DNA of 64,000 nt, taken from NCBI GenBank assembly GCA_965644315.1, contig CBFFRQ010000055.1, positions 62,001 to 126,000 of the forward strand, given 5' to 3'. Below, piece by piece: positions 45,501 through 56,787 of this stretch. A program made the translations under genes and the position numbers. The notes beneath the pieces were generated by a model, which searched no databases, had not been told where the DNA came from, and was given only the letters and a program-made list of their open reading frames with translations. Each line of letters begins with the position of its first letter. The first letter of the stretch is position 1. The DNA is from Caecitellus pseudoparvulus (taxonomy: Eukaryota > Protista > Bigyra: Bicosoecida).

Positions 45501-47075
45501 TGTGGCGGTCGGGGACGTCACCACGACGTACTCAGGTGTGTTGTCCATGTCCAGGTCATCCCTGAAACGCAGCACGGCGGGCATGCCAGGGTTCGTCTCG
45601 GTCAGCGGGCTCACGGTGTCGTACGGCTCCCCATTGATATTCTCCCACTCATCCAGCGAGGGGTTGAAGACGACCCCCGTCCACAGCTTGTCAGCGCCCG
45701 AGGAGCCAGGCAGGGATAGGTACAGGGAGCGCTGGAAGATGTCGGACATAGTGCCCGGCACGGCTGCCACGGACGTGTTGCTGGCAAGGGCTTCGCAGGC
45801 CGACACTGCGCTGGGAAAGCTCATGGGCGACGCGAAGTGCAGGGCTTGGTAGCAGTGCACACCATGGGCAGTCCAGCCGGGTGGGCATGGGTCAGGGAGA
45901 GGCCACGCCGCCGCCTGGGCGGGGGGGGGCAGCAACGCCAAGTTGAAGGCTTGCCCTGTCCCTGAAGGCGCCTCACACAAGTAGCTGCGGTGGTCCACCT
46001 GCCCATTGACGTCGGCCAGGCCGTCAAATGGCGCGACGGCCGACTTGGCCAGCACGAGGTTGTCCTGTTGCCCGCCGAAGTTCGTGGGCTGCTCCTGCAT
46101 CCACTCGGGCCAGCTGGGTGCGGCCCCCAGCGGCAAGCCCGACACTGACCAGCGGAAGCCGCCGGAGGCAGAGTCGTCCCTCGTCGCGCCGACGTAGAAG
46201 GCGGTGTCAAGTGAGTCCCACAGCACGTCAGCCTTGACTGCCGCCGCCTTGGCTGGCGTGACGAGCTCCGCCAAGCCGCCTTGCAGCAGGGCGCAGTCGC
46301 CTGCCGCCTGGGAGAAGGTCCGCTGCAGGTCTTGCTGGGCAAAGAAGCAGGAACCTGCGGCAGCGTTCCAGCCCAGGGCGCAGCCTGGGTCCTTGGCTCG
46401 GCGTTTGCACAGTGGCCGCAGCTGCGCAGAGGGGAGCTTGGCAGCCCAGTACTGCTCGTTCAGCGCAGTATTCATGAAGAGCGAGCAGGCAGCGCCGGAG
46501 AGGGAGGCATTGGGTTCCAGCGCCCCCGCCTTGCGCCAGTTTGCGTAATAAAACGGCCTGCGAAGTGGCGTGGCGTGGCGTGTGCGAGCAGGGTGTGCCG
46601 CTCGCCCGGAGCAGCGTTGCTCTCACGTCGAGTCGCTCCACGACCACACCCCACCGGCCTCTGAGCAGCCCAGCCAGAACTCGTACGTGCCGGAGCCGTG
46701 GTTGCCAGAGAGAGCCAGGGACGCAGCGTTGAAGAAGTCAGTCATTTCATTTGGAGAGTGGAAGGAGGCCAGCTGCGCGGTGTCAGTGAAGTTCACCTGC
46801 GTCGTGGAGTTGTCTGGGTTCACCACCAGCACTGGCATGGTGAGGTTGCTGCACCACTCTTCAGCCTGCGCCAGAGGCAGGGCAGGAGGCAAGGCCCCTG
46901 CCACATGGTAGCAGTAGGCGCCATGCCGCAGCCACCCAGCACTCTCACACCCGCCATGGGTGCCTGGCCCCACAGCAGCACCGGAGATCCCTACCAACAG
47001 CACTGCCAGGAGGATGCACCGCATGGTCATTTCGATGCGTGTCTCACACCTGCCTGCGACAGAGGGGGCGCGCAT
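42561..47075 (-). CDS. Type I membrane receptor with six tandem C-type lectin domains and a Ser/Thr/Pro stalk
   Basis: Signal peptide (MRCILLAVLLVG); intron 46558-46626; six CTLDs (C..GW....CY...A...C......LA...WIG/WLG/YVG...W...W...P...C); mucin-like SPS/TPS stalk; TM VVVGVVITVAAVVVVAAVYWY; Pro-rich tail. Confidence 0.88.
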
Positions 47076-47661
47076 GGCGGTGTGGCATGCTCCGGTTGCT
47101 CACGCGAGGCGGGGGACGCGTTGCCTTGCTCGTCGCGGTGGTGCCGAGTGGCACCTCAGCGCTCGGCCCGGAGGGCACAAACTGCCACAAGGGGTGTAGG
47201 CTTACCTAATAAAGGGGCTGGCTTGGCGACAGCACACGGGAATCGCGAGCAGTAGCACCTCCTACGCCTTGATCGTCGAGCGTGAGGGTGAATGCAACCG
47301 GCGTTGTCGCTAGTTTCGCTGCTGCGCCTCCAAGGTGCTATGGTTCCAGCAACGCAATGGAGGGGAAGAAAAACTACGTTCACGGTGCAGAGGCCTGTAC
47401 AGAGCTTCGCACATGCTGCCGTCGGGGCGAGGTTTTGCGCAGGGTGGCAATCCGCAAGATGCTCGTCGCGGTCATTTTCCGCACCGATCAGCATTGTGCC
47501 ACGACGGTGCCGCCACATTCCTTCCGCACGGCGGTCTGCCGAAACGCAAGTTGGCCAACGCAGTGCAACACCCCTCATGCTGCAGCGTCTTGCCAGGCAG
47601 CAACGATCGCTGTCGCCCCGGCAGCGACAGGCTGTCACACAGCATTTCATCCCCTCTCGGC

Positions 47662-49275
47662 ATGGGCCTGACTGTCGACCAGTTTGACGGCCTTGCGCGA
47701 CAGGCTTCCCAAGCCCAGGCCATTTTCGTACTCTGCAGCCTGCTGCTGTGGGTGCTGGACATCGAGCTTACGCTGAACTCCCTCCTGCACGAGTCGGCGA
47801 GCGGAGCGTTTCTGCAGTGTCGCAGTAACCCACGCCTTGCAGGCTGCTCAGAAGCACAGCCTGCTGTATCCGTGGATGCAGACACCGCCTCGATTCTGCT
47901 TGCTGTGCGGTCAGTTGCGAGCGTTGTTGCTGTCGGGCTTGTCGCCACAGCAGCTGTGTACCATGCCAACAGGCACCTGCAGCTCACGTCACCTCTGGAT
48001 CTGCGCCCCGCACCCGTGCAGCAGGCGGAAGCTGCGGCGCCTTGGCGCACTGTGGCCTCAGCCTGCCGACCATGGCGCCGCAGGCTGTGCAGCTGGCGAG
48101 CCCACTGGGGGCTGGTGGGCGAGGTACTCGTCATGCTGCCCCACATCGTGCCTGGCGCAGCGGCGGCAGCTGCTGCTGTGCCCTCCCCCACACTGGGGTC
48201 TGCAGCGTGGCAAGTCAGCCTGTACAGCATCGCGCTGGCGCCCTTCATGTTCCTGCGCCTCTTCGTCCTGCTGCGTTGGGCGTACTTCTCCCTGAGCCCC
48301 CTGTCTCGACCGGCAGGGCAGTTCATCACGCGGTTCGTCGACCTGGGTGCAGCACCGCAGGCCTTCATGCTCAAGTCTGCATTCCGGGACCACCCCGTCA
48401 CTCTGACTGCCGGTGCATTCTCACTGCTGTTGCTGGGGGCAGCGTATGTTGTGCGGGTGCTGGAGGTCAGCGCTTGCCTTCTCACAGGCGGTGACGCGCC
48501 GAGGCTGGTGAGCCAGCGCGCCTTGTCCTTGCCGCTCCCACTGGAGGCGGGGGACTCCAGCGCACCCTGCCTCGCCCTGTCCATGCAAGAGGCGGTGTGG
48601 CTGATGATGGTCAGTTCCCTGACCGTCGGGTACGGCGACGTCGTGCCAGAGAGCTATGCCGGCCGGGCAGCTGGCTTCCTGGGCACACTGCTAGGCGTGC
48701 TGCTCACAGGCATCCTCATCGCCAGCACCATAGCCTTCCTGCGCCTGGGCTTGCCAGAGCAAGCCGTCGGGCAGTTCCTGCAGCGAAGCGTCGGGGAGCG
48801 CCGGCTCAAGGGGGTGGCCGCCTCTGCAGTGCAGGCAGTGTGGCGGCACTACAAAGCCGAGCAGCACTTCCTCACGTGGGTGCAGGGGGCGGCGGGCACA
48901 GTCGCGTTCCGCCCAGTTTCTGGCCGCTTGCCCCTGGAGCTGGCTGCGAAGCAGGCGGTGCACCGCTGGCGCACGCTGCGCTTCAAGGTGCGCTCTGCAG
49001 CCATGAACTCAAACTTGGCGCTGCAACGCAGCATTCGCACAGGGTCACTGTTGACTCGGGTGCAGGCAGTGCGGGAGGCCGCCGCTAGCCTGGCTGAACG
49101 CGTGCAAGCCCCCTCGCCCCCCAAGCACATGCCGCCTGTCCAGGCAGTCCGCGCCCCACCAGAGGTCATCCAGGCCACTCCCCAAGCACACCTGACCCAC
49201 ATTGAGGCAGAGCTCACTGCGCTGCGTGGCACCGTCACACGGCTCATGTCCTCAGTGGCCCCCGGGCCTTCCTGA
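47662..49275 (+). CDS. Small-conductance Ca2+-activated K+ channel-like (SK/KCNN-type) 6TM channel
   Basis: S4-like MFLRLFVLLRW; pore AVWLMMVSSLTVGYGDVVP.SY.GR; S6; CaM-binding-like AASAVQAVWRHYK; C-terminal coiled coil. 5' end uncertain (the ORF opens at 47335). Confidence 0.85.
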   Translation: MGLTVDQFDGLARQASQAQAIFVLCSLLLWVLDIELTLNSLLHESASGAFLQCRSNPRLAGCSEAQPAVSVDADTASILLAVRSVASVVAVGLVATAAVYHANRHLQLTSPLDLRPAPVQQAEAAAPWRTVASACRPWRRRLCSWRAHWGLVGEVLVMLPHIVPGAAAAAAAVPSPTLGSAAWQVSLYSIALAPFMFLRLFVLLRWAYFSLSPLSRPAGQFITRFVDLGAAPQAFMLKSAFRDHPVTLTAGAFSLLLLGAAYVVRVLEVSACLLTGGDAPRLVSQRALSLPLPLEAGDSSAPCLALSMQEAVWLMMVSSLTVGYGDVVPESYAGRAAGFLGTLLGVLLTGILIASTIAFLRLGLPEQAVGQFLQRSVGERRLKGVAASAVQAVWRHYKAEQHFLTWVQGAAGTVAFRPVSGRLPLELAAKQAVHRWRTLRFKVRSAAMNSNLALQRSIRTGSLLTRVQAVREAAASLAERVQAPSPPKHMPPVQAVRAPPEVIQATPQAHLTHIEAELTALRGTVTRLMSSVAPGPS

Positions 49276-49314
49276 GGCCAGCGGCGGGGTGCATGCGCAG
49301 CCTCCCACACGGCG

Positions 49315-50693
49315 CTACCCATCGGCCAAATCAGCCCACTTCACCCGGCGTTTCATGGGAGTTCCAGACGCCATGCTCGTCAGAGTGCCCCTGTCCGCCA
49401 TGTGCTGCGACAGGCGAGCCAGCGCACCGGCCAGCTCTGAGCCTTCCTTCTGGGCGCGGCCCGCCTGTGTCGGGGCCCGTGGGGCCTCCGCAGCTCCTGC
49501 CGTGGAAGGAGCTGCATCTTTGGCACCATCAGGAGCACGCAAACGTGCATGGTCCCCTTCCCCACCCCCCTGCCCCTCTGGACGGGTAGCAGGCATGCTC
49601 ATGGGAGCCCGTGCTTGTGCTGCCCGCCGCTTAGCCTGGGCGCGGTCCCGAATCAGCTGAAGAGCTGGGCAGAGAGCCTGGGCGGTTGCAGGCTTGACGG
49701 ACACCCGCCGCTCAGCGCGGCGGGGAGGTGGCTTGCCTTGGCTAGGTTTGGTGAGCTGCTGGCCAGGCAGCGCCCCTGCACCCCGGCTTTTGCCAGCGGC
49801 AAACACATCATCGAAGCGCAAGACGCGCCTGTACTTGAGCTTTTGGGGCTTGGGGTGCTTGCGGCGCAGGGCCTGCTTCTTGTCTGCCCCGGCAGTGGCT
49901 TGCTGTGTCGTGTGGGCATGTGCCCAGGCCGGCACCGGCTCCACGCCTGGCAGAGCCATGTCCTTGAAAATGGCAGCCAGGGTCTGTGTGCAGCGCAGGG
50001 CTGCCGGGCCGTCTGGGGTGGGCGAGGAGGGGGTGCCGTGCACTTGGCTGTGCAATTCAGCTGGCGTCCACAGCACCATCGTCCCATCGGCTGGGTGGTT
50101 CCCCAGCGCAGGCGCGAGGGCCTCAGAGCCAGACGTTTGCACCAGCACTACTTGCCGCTCATGCCATCCTGCAATGCAGAAGTCGCCGCTCAGCCACTTC
50201 CCTGCGTGCATGTACCAGACGTGGGAGAAGGGCATAAAAAACTGCTGCTGGACTTCGGCAGGAGCGCCAGGCATGCACGTGCGCAGAGCCTCCCAAACGG
50301 AGCTCTCCACCACGACGAGTGCCTTGGCATGGCGGGAATTCAGTCGGTATATGGCGCACTCCCCGGCGGAGCTGGACATGCTTGGGCAGTACACGAGCCA
50401 GGCTTGCTTGCTGGTGTCGGATAGTTGGCCATCTGTGTTTGTGGCAGGCGTCTGCACGATCAGGCCAACTTCATCATATCCATCCCACTCTGGAGACCAA
50501 AGCTTCCCGGGCACTCGCACCAACACCCCCGGGCGAAGGCTCTGTGGTGGATGACATGGAGGGCGGTGCATGCGGAAATTGCTCGACTGCACGGGCAGCG
50601 GCTTGCACCCACATCAACGCCTGGCTGAGTTGCCGCGGCAGGAGAGCGGGGCCGTTTCTTTCCGCGAGCATCGGATGATTTGGACCTCGCCAT
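49315..50693 (-). CDS. Hypothetical, probably nuclear protein with C-terminal RVxW motif
   Basis: Exon 1 MARSKSSDARGKKRPRSP (NLS-like) splices in phase to the 425-aa ORF; ends KRRVKWADLADG. Confidence 0.5.
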
Positions 50694-51086
50694 GCCCGTG
50701 CTCTAGCACATCATGTGTATGCCTGGGCCAGCAAGACAGTCGCGAAGGCACTCAGGCACTTGTCTCCCTTCGCCACGCCAGCTGCTGGGTGGTGGTGGCA
50801 GCTTGCAGTGCAGCGAGGGAAGAAGGGCAAACAACAGGGCGATGCTGGAGAGCAGTGTGCCCGACTTCCTTCAGTTCCTCTTGGGTAGTGGGCGCGTGAG
50901 TCTAGGGGTACAATGTGGCGTGCCTGGATCATTCGGTGGAAAAATTGCATCATTCGCGCAACTTGAATTGGATGACCGCATCGTGCGTTCCCGAAACCTG
51001 GCACTGCAGGCGTACTTTTCAAAGAGCTGCCACGTCATCCCTCTCTGTTGGTGTTTTTGTGTCCGGTAGACATACTTTTGTCAACC

Positions 51087-52119
51087 ATGGGTACGTAGCG
51101 TGTGGTCGTTCTCGCAAGGGCGGTGCTGCAGTTCGTTTCCCTGGTCTCGTGAGCTGTGTCCTGGCGCTGTGCTGCAGCTGTCATGTCTGCTGCCTGCTGG
51201 ATTGGAGTGGCTGTGCGAAGCATGGTTTGTGGGCGCTTAGGCTTCGGTTTTGCGTGCTACCAACCTGCTCGAAGCAGTCGAACAGTCTGGGGCAGGGCCG
51301 CGTGGGTGCGGAAAATGACACGGCTGTGTCCCTGGCCTTGGTGTTGCTCTCCGCGCTTCAGCGGCTCGGGCCGTGTGGACGATATCCCGCTGATCCCATG
51401 TTGCTTGCTGCCTCCTTGGCACGTCACCATGATCGGGCGGTGCCCCTGGCTCCTCGCCCACTCTTGCCGGATGTGGCCTGCACTGGCTCGCCCCCCGCCC
51501 CCCCTTCACAGCCATCACCCGTGACTCTCGCCACAAGCGCCGCCACACTGGCGGGCGCCGCAACTCCTACAAGAAGAAGCGCAAGTATGAGACCGGCCGT
51601 CAGCCAGCCATGACCAAGCTGGGTGGCAAGCGCATCCACCTCGTCCGCACCCGCGGCGGGAACACCAAGCACCGTGCTCTGCGCCTGGAGGACGGCAACT
51701 ACTCTTGGGGCTCTGAGGCCATCACCCGCAAGACCCGTATCCTGGACGTCGTCTACAACGCATCCAACAACGAGCTGGTGCGCACCAAGACCCTGGTGAA
51801 GAACGCCATCGTCGTCATCGATGCCACTCCCTTCCGCTCTTGGTACGAGGAGCACTACAAGGTGCAGATCGGCCAGAAGGGCCAGGAGCAGCCCACCCCT
51901 GCTGAGGTCTCTGCTGCAGACAAGGAGACTGTCGAGGCACGCCGCAAGGTCATGGAGCTGGACACCAAGCTGAACGAGCAGTTCGTGACCGGCCGCCTGT
52001 ATGCTGCCATCTCCAGCCGCCCTGGCCAGTCCGGCCGTGCTGACGGCTACATCCTGGAGGGCAAGGAGCTTGAGTTCTACACCCGCAAGCTGGCACAGAA
52101 GAAGGGCCGCAAGGCATAA
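51087..52119 (+). CDS. RPS8: 40S ribosomal protein S8 (eS8)
   Basis: ATG G|intron 51091-51511|CC gives [16 protein letters not shown]...KKRKYETGR...[14 protein letters not shown]...[11 protein letters not shown]...[23 protein letters not shown]; strong codon bias. Confidence 0.97.
51188..51400 (+). ncRNA. Candidate structured intronic RNA (two consecutive long hairpins) in the RPS8 intron
   Basis: Hairpin 1 (~51188-51296) is capped by C(UUCG)G at 51242-51247. Hairpin 2 (51301-51400) is closed by CGUGGG/CCCAUG, with an internal CACGGCU/GGCCGUG stem and CUGA next to the 3' stem. Folded by eye only. Confidence 0.4.
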
Positions 52120-52277
52120 AGAGCTTGTTGGCAGTTTCGCCGTGTCGCGTTGCTGCTGCGAGGGCAATGCAGTCACAGCATCCACCCACATTGCCTCTTC
52201 ACAAAGACAACTATATCATCCTGTCATGCTGTGCATTTGAACACTTCCCTCATCTCCCCCCTTTCCGTCATCTCAGC

Positions 52278-53243
52278 ATGGCACTACACTCTCTTGCTGG
52301 CAGGGCCGCCATTGTGACCGGCTCCACTTCTGGTGCGTACAACTTGGCGCAGAAGCTAGCCCAAGCCTTTCACGGCTGGCACAGCTCTTCCCTGCCACTT
52401 TCTACGCTGCCCCTCTCCCCTCCCTAGCGGCTGCGTGCACTCACGTCTGCGCATGTGACTTGTCATGCACCTGCGTTTCACTTGCGTTTGGGCGCAGGCA
52501 TCGGCCTTGGAATTGCCAAGGTCTTGTCTGCACATGGAGCCAGTGTTTGCCTGAACGGGTTGGGTGATCAAGCTACTATCGATGCAGCGCTGGAGGAGGT
52601 GCATGCAGCTGCACATGCGGATGCGAAGGTGGAGTACCACCCAGCGGACTTGACGCAGGCTGAAGCAATCGCAAGCATGGTGCAGCACGCAGAGTCCAAG
52701 CTGGGCAGTGTAGACATCCTTGTGAACAATGCCGGCATCCAGTACGTGTCAAGTCTGGCAGATTTCCCCAAGGACGCGTGGGACCGCGTCCTTGCCTTGA
52801 ACTTGACCGCCGTCTTCCTCGGCACGCAAGCAGTGCTGCCCGGCATGCTTGCAGCTGGGTACGGCAGGGTCATCAACGTGGCATCCGTGCATGGCGTCGT
52901 GGCCTCAGCCAACAAGTCCGCGTATGTCGCAGCCAAGCACGGCGTTGTGGGACTGACCAAAGCGACCGCGCTGGAGACTGCTGGGACGGGCGTCACGGCC
53001 AATGCCGTGTGCCCCGGGTGGGTGCTGACGCCCCTGGTCGCAGCCCAGTGCGAGGCACGAGCCGAGCAGCTTGGCGTGTCGGTGGAGGAGGCCACCGAGG
53101 GCCTGCTAGCCGAGAAGCAGCCGTCCAAACAGTTCACGAAGCCTGAGGACTTGGGGCAGCTGGCAGCCTTCCTCTGCTCTCCCGCAGCGGCACAGATGAC
53201 CGGCACCACTCAGATCATGGACGGGGGCTGGACGGCCCAATGA
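52278..53243 (+). CDS. bdhA: D-3-hydroxybutyrate dehydrogenase (bacterial BdhA-type SDR)
   Basis: TGSTSG|IGLGIA (intron 52333-52497), NNAGIQYV, ASVHG..AS..KSAYVAAKHG, CPGWVLTPLV, EKQPS, DGGWTAQ. Confidence 0.88.
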
Positions 53244-53359
53244 CCGGCAGGCGCATGAATGCATGGCTGTGTGCATTGGAGGCAAGTCACAGAGTATGCA
53301 GGCATCTGGTATGGTCAGGGGCTGGCGCAGCCCCTCCGTGCCGGGCTGGCTGGCGGGGC

Positions 53360-56300
53360 TCACATGATGCAACATGCCTCACTCTCGCCGTCCGAACCAG
53401 GGTGCTCTGCAGCCCAGGCCTGATACGCCTCCACCTTGGCCTTCAACTCAGGGCTCAGCTCTTCCCCAGCCTCAGTGCTTGCCTTGATAGCCTCCTTCTC
53501 CTCCTCGGTGAAGGTGGGGGGAGGAGACTCCGAAGCAGGCGTCTCGGCTGCCGCAGCAGGGGCCGCCTCACCACCTGCAGCGGCACCGCCTGCCCCGGTC
53601 GCCGAAGGCTCGTCTTGTGCCGACTTGCGCTTCTCCAGGGTGGGGGGCGACAGCTTCCGCCCAGAGGGGTCATCCGGGGTGCCCCACACCTCGAACTCGA
53701 TGGCTTCATGCGAGACGTACTTGATCAGCTCCTCAGTCACAACGGTGGAGTACGTGTGAGTGTGCTTGAACTCGGGCAGGGAGGTCTTGGTGGGGAAGGG
53801 CTCGGTGAAGTCATGCCCACCCTCCAAGAAGAACTTCCACTTGACATGCACGAAGTTTGAGCGGTTCGCGGGCACGCCCCGCGCCTGATCCACGCAAATG
53901 GAGATGTTGAGATGCTTGCCCACCAGCTCGGACAGCTCCTCTGGCATGTCGTCTTCCTCATCATCTTCCGTCTCGGGCATGGTGGCGCCGACGTGGGGAA
54001 TGATGCGCACCAGCAGCTCGCCCTCCTCCACACCCTTGTAGTCAATGATGGGCGTGGCTTCGTCGATGCGGAGGTTGTACAGCAGCGCGTTCAAGTAAAT
54101 GGTAGCCTTGCCGATGACCTGTGGAGCAGGGGGGTCATAAAAGGGGTCCTTTTCCCCCTCGTACCCGGTTCCCTCCAAGGAGCGCGAGTTGCTTTGGAAC
54201 TGCTGGTACATCTCACGCATGATGTACAGTCGGTTCATGAACTTGTCGTAGTGCCACTGAGCGGGTGGCGCCTCAGAGCCTTTCTGGTGCACTCGCACGT
54301 ACACCTCAGTGTCCATGGCCTCTTTCTGCGCGACATCTTCCTCGTCGTCGAACTCGGTCGCCTCATACACCGCATCTTTCTCCATGTTGGGCATGAGCTT
54401 CACCTCGAAGACGTCTTTCTTGCCCATTTCATCAGCCATGGCGTTGGCCTCGTTCACAAGGGGAATGGTCTTGAGCAGTTTCTCATCTAGCACGCTGCGC
54501 TCACGCATCTCTTTCTCGCGCTTCCGCTGCAGGCGCTTCGACTCCTCGATCTGCTCCTGCAGCTTCTTCTCCAATGCAGCCTGCTTGCGGGCAGCTTCCT
54601 CCATGAGGCGCTTCTGTTCCTCCTCGTTTGCTTGCTGCGCCTTCTCCAGCGCCTCTGCCTGTGCGCGTGCCTTCTCCTCCTCCATCTTGGCAGCCATCTC
54701 AGCCAGGCGAGCCTCGGCGGCCTTGCGCTCAGCCTCAGCCTTCTCCTCTTGCTTGCGGCGTTCCGCTTCCATGGCCTCTCGCTGGGCGCGGTTCGTCTCG
54801 TCCATGGCGTAGTCAAAGCTGATGTGCTCTGGCAGCTCGTCGGGCTCCCCCTCTGCCTTGACGTCTTCGCCACCCACGGCAGGCAGCACCACCAAGAACA
54901 CGTGGTTGTTGCCGAACAGAACCCGGCTTCGGTGCCCCAGCTCTGTGGCCTCCTTCACCTCTACACCGTTCACCACCACCCGGGCGCCAGACTGAGGCGT
55001 GAGGACAACCTTGCCCTCAGTGTTCTGCACTGTTGCGTGGGAGGGCTGAATGGACAAGCCGGCCAAGGGGATGGTAGGGGCTGGGTCCCCCCCTTTCCGC
55101 CCCACGCTCACTTCTTTGCCCTCTTCGAAGAAGTAGTACAGCTGGCGGTCCAGCTGCGTGTCTTCGTTCAAGTTGCGCAGGTGAGGCACTTCCTTTGCCA
55201 TTTCCTGGGCCTTGGCCTTCTCCTCCGCCGTCATGAGGCCATCGGCACGCAAGTGAGCATGGCCCTGCTCGAGGAGGCCAGCTGTAGCAGCAGCTCCTTC
55301 TTGCTTCCCAGCCATCAGCTCGGCCTTGATCTTTGCCTCCATCTCAGCGCGCATGGCCTCTACGTCCACAGACGGCGCGGCGCCGCCGCTTGCCCCGGGC
55401 TCAGGCAGGGGTGCGCCCCCCAGGGCAGCCTTGAGCTTCTCGATCTCGTCCTTGAGCTGGCGAATGAGGCGCTCGTTGGGGTCCTCGTTCACGACTGCCT
55501 TGTTCTTGATCTGCTTGGCACGGTCGGCGTACCGCAGCGTGCTGAGGGTCTCGTCGTAGTTGATGCTGGCTGGAGACACAGCGGCAATCATGATGGTCTT
55601 GGCATTGCCACCAAGGCTGTTCTGCAGCAGCATGGTGAGGACAGAGTCACGGTAAGGCACGCGCACTCGCTTCTTCTGCTTGGGGTCAGAGTTCTTGGCA
55701 AGCGCAGAGATGCAGTTCCCCAAAGACGAGAGGGACAGGTTAATGGCAGCGCCCTCCTTCAAGCGGTCGCCAGTCGCACCCGTGCCCTTCTGGCGCTCAG
55801 AGCCCGCCAGGTCAATGAGGTTGATGAGGGACGTCTTGTCCGTAGCCTTCATGCTCTCAGCGTCCACTTTGGTCTGCTTCAGGCCGATCTGGAAGATGGT
55901 GTGTGCGCGCGACGAGGTGGCGTTCATGTTGGTGGACGCCACTGTTCGAGCAGCAGTTCCCACGTCCATGAGCGACTCGATCTGCTCGTAGTTGTCCACT
56001 TCGCTCGCAGTCAAGCGCTCGACGTAGAAGCCCTTCTTGGGATCATTGCGCACCTTCAGGTCGCTGCCGTCCTTTGGGTTGAACAGGTCCCGCACCTTCT
56101 CCATGTAAATCTCCAACATGCTACAGGTGACCACGAAAGACAACGTGTCATCTGTGTTGCTGTTGATGCGATCGAAGATCTTGGAGCAGCCGATGGGGAT
56201 GATGCCTTTGTCCTCTCCGTACCCCATCATGGAGTAGCTCTTGCCAGCGCCTGTCTGCCCGTAGGCAAAGAGGGAACAGTTGTAGCCTGTGCAGGTGAGG

Positions 56301-56787
56301 GCGGGCCGCGCCGAATCGAGTGCCAACTTTGCAGGGGGATGCGTGGCGAAAGCTCGCAAGTTGGAGCCCACCTTCGTAGGCGTTTTTGAGGACGCCGACG
56401 CCGATGTCTTCCCACACATCCATCTGGCCGGCATACGAGGGGTCATCGCGGGGCACGAAAGAGTTGTAGCTGAAGTCAAAGGTGAATGGGCGTTCAGACT
56501 CTGGGGGGAACGGGGAGTGCCGGGGTTCAAGTGGTGCTGGGCAAGGCCAAGTGTTGCTCGGCAAAGGCCATGCTCACCATCCTCCGGGTTCACGATTGTC
56601 GTCATTGCCCCGCTCATCTTGATGATGCAAGTGCTCTTCCTTTCCTTCTCACGGCCGTTGAACGGCCGCACGCGGACAGCAACTTTCACGTTCTCAGCCT
56701 GCAGGGTGCCGGTGGAGCATGATGAAACATCGGAAGTGAACCCGGCCCCAGCAGGCGTCGATGTTTCGCCCAGCAACGGCTCACCAT
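53360..56787 (-). CDS. Kinesin-3 family motor (KIF28/Unc-104-like): motor, FHA, coiled coil, C2-like domain, C-terminal CaaX
   Basis: ATG|intron 56699-56784|AENVKVAVRVRP; YGQTGAGKSYSM, NATSSRAH, DLAGSER, VPYRDS, ETLSTLRYA, KAVVNEDPN; PHLRNLNED plus FHA; F.NRL..MREMY and DPFYDP; ends EACCIM*. Confidence 0.93.

Noticed and set aside
51312-51385. SECIS-like AUGA...GA element
   Set aside because: It lies in an intron rather than a 3' UTR, lacks the apical AA, and no UGA-containing selenoprotein ORF is nearby.
54632-56389. 585-aa Leu/His-rich ORF antisense to kinesin
   Set aside because: Composition reflects the reverse complement of Glu/Lys/Met codons; not a gene.
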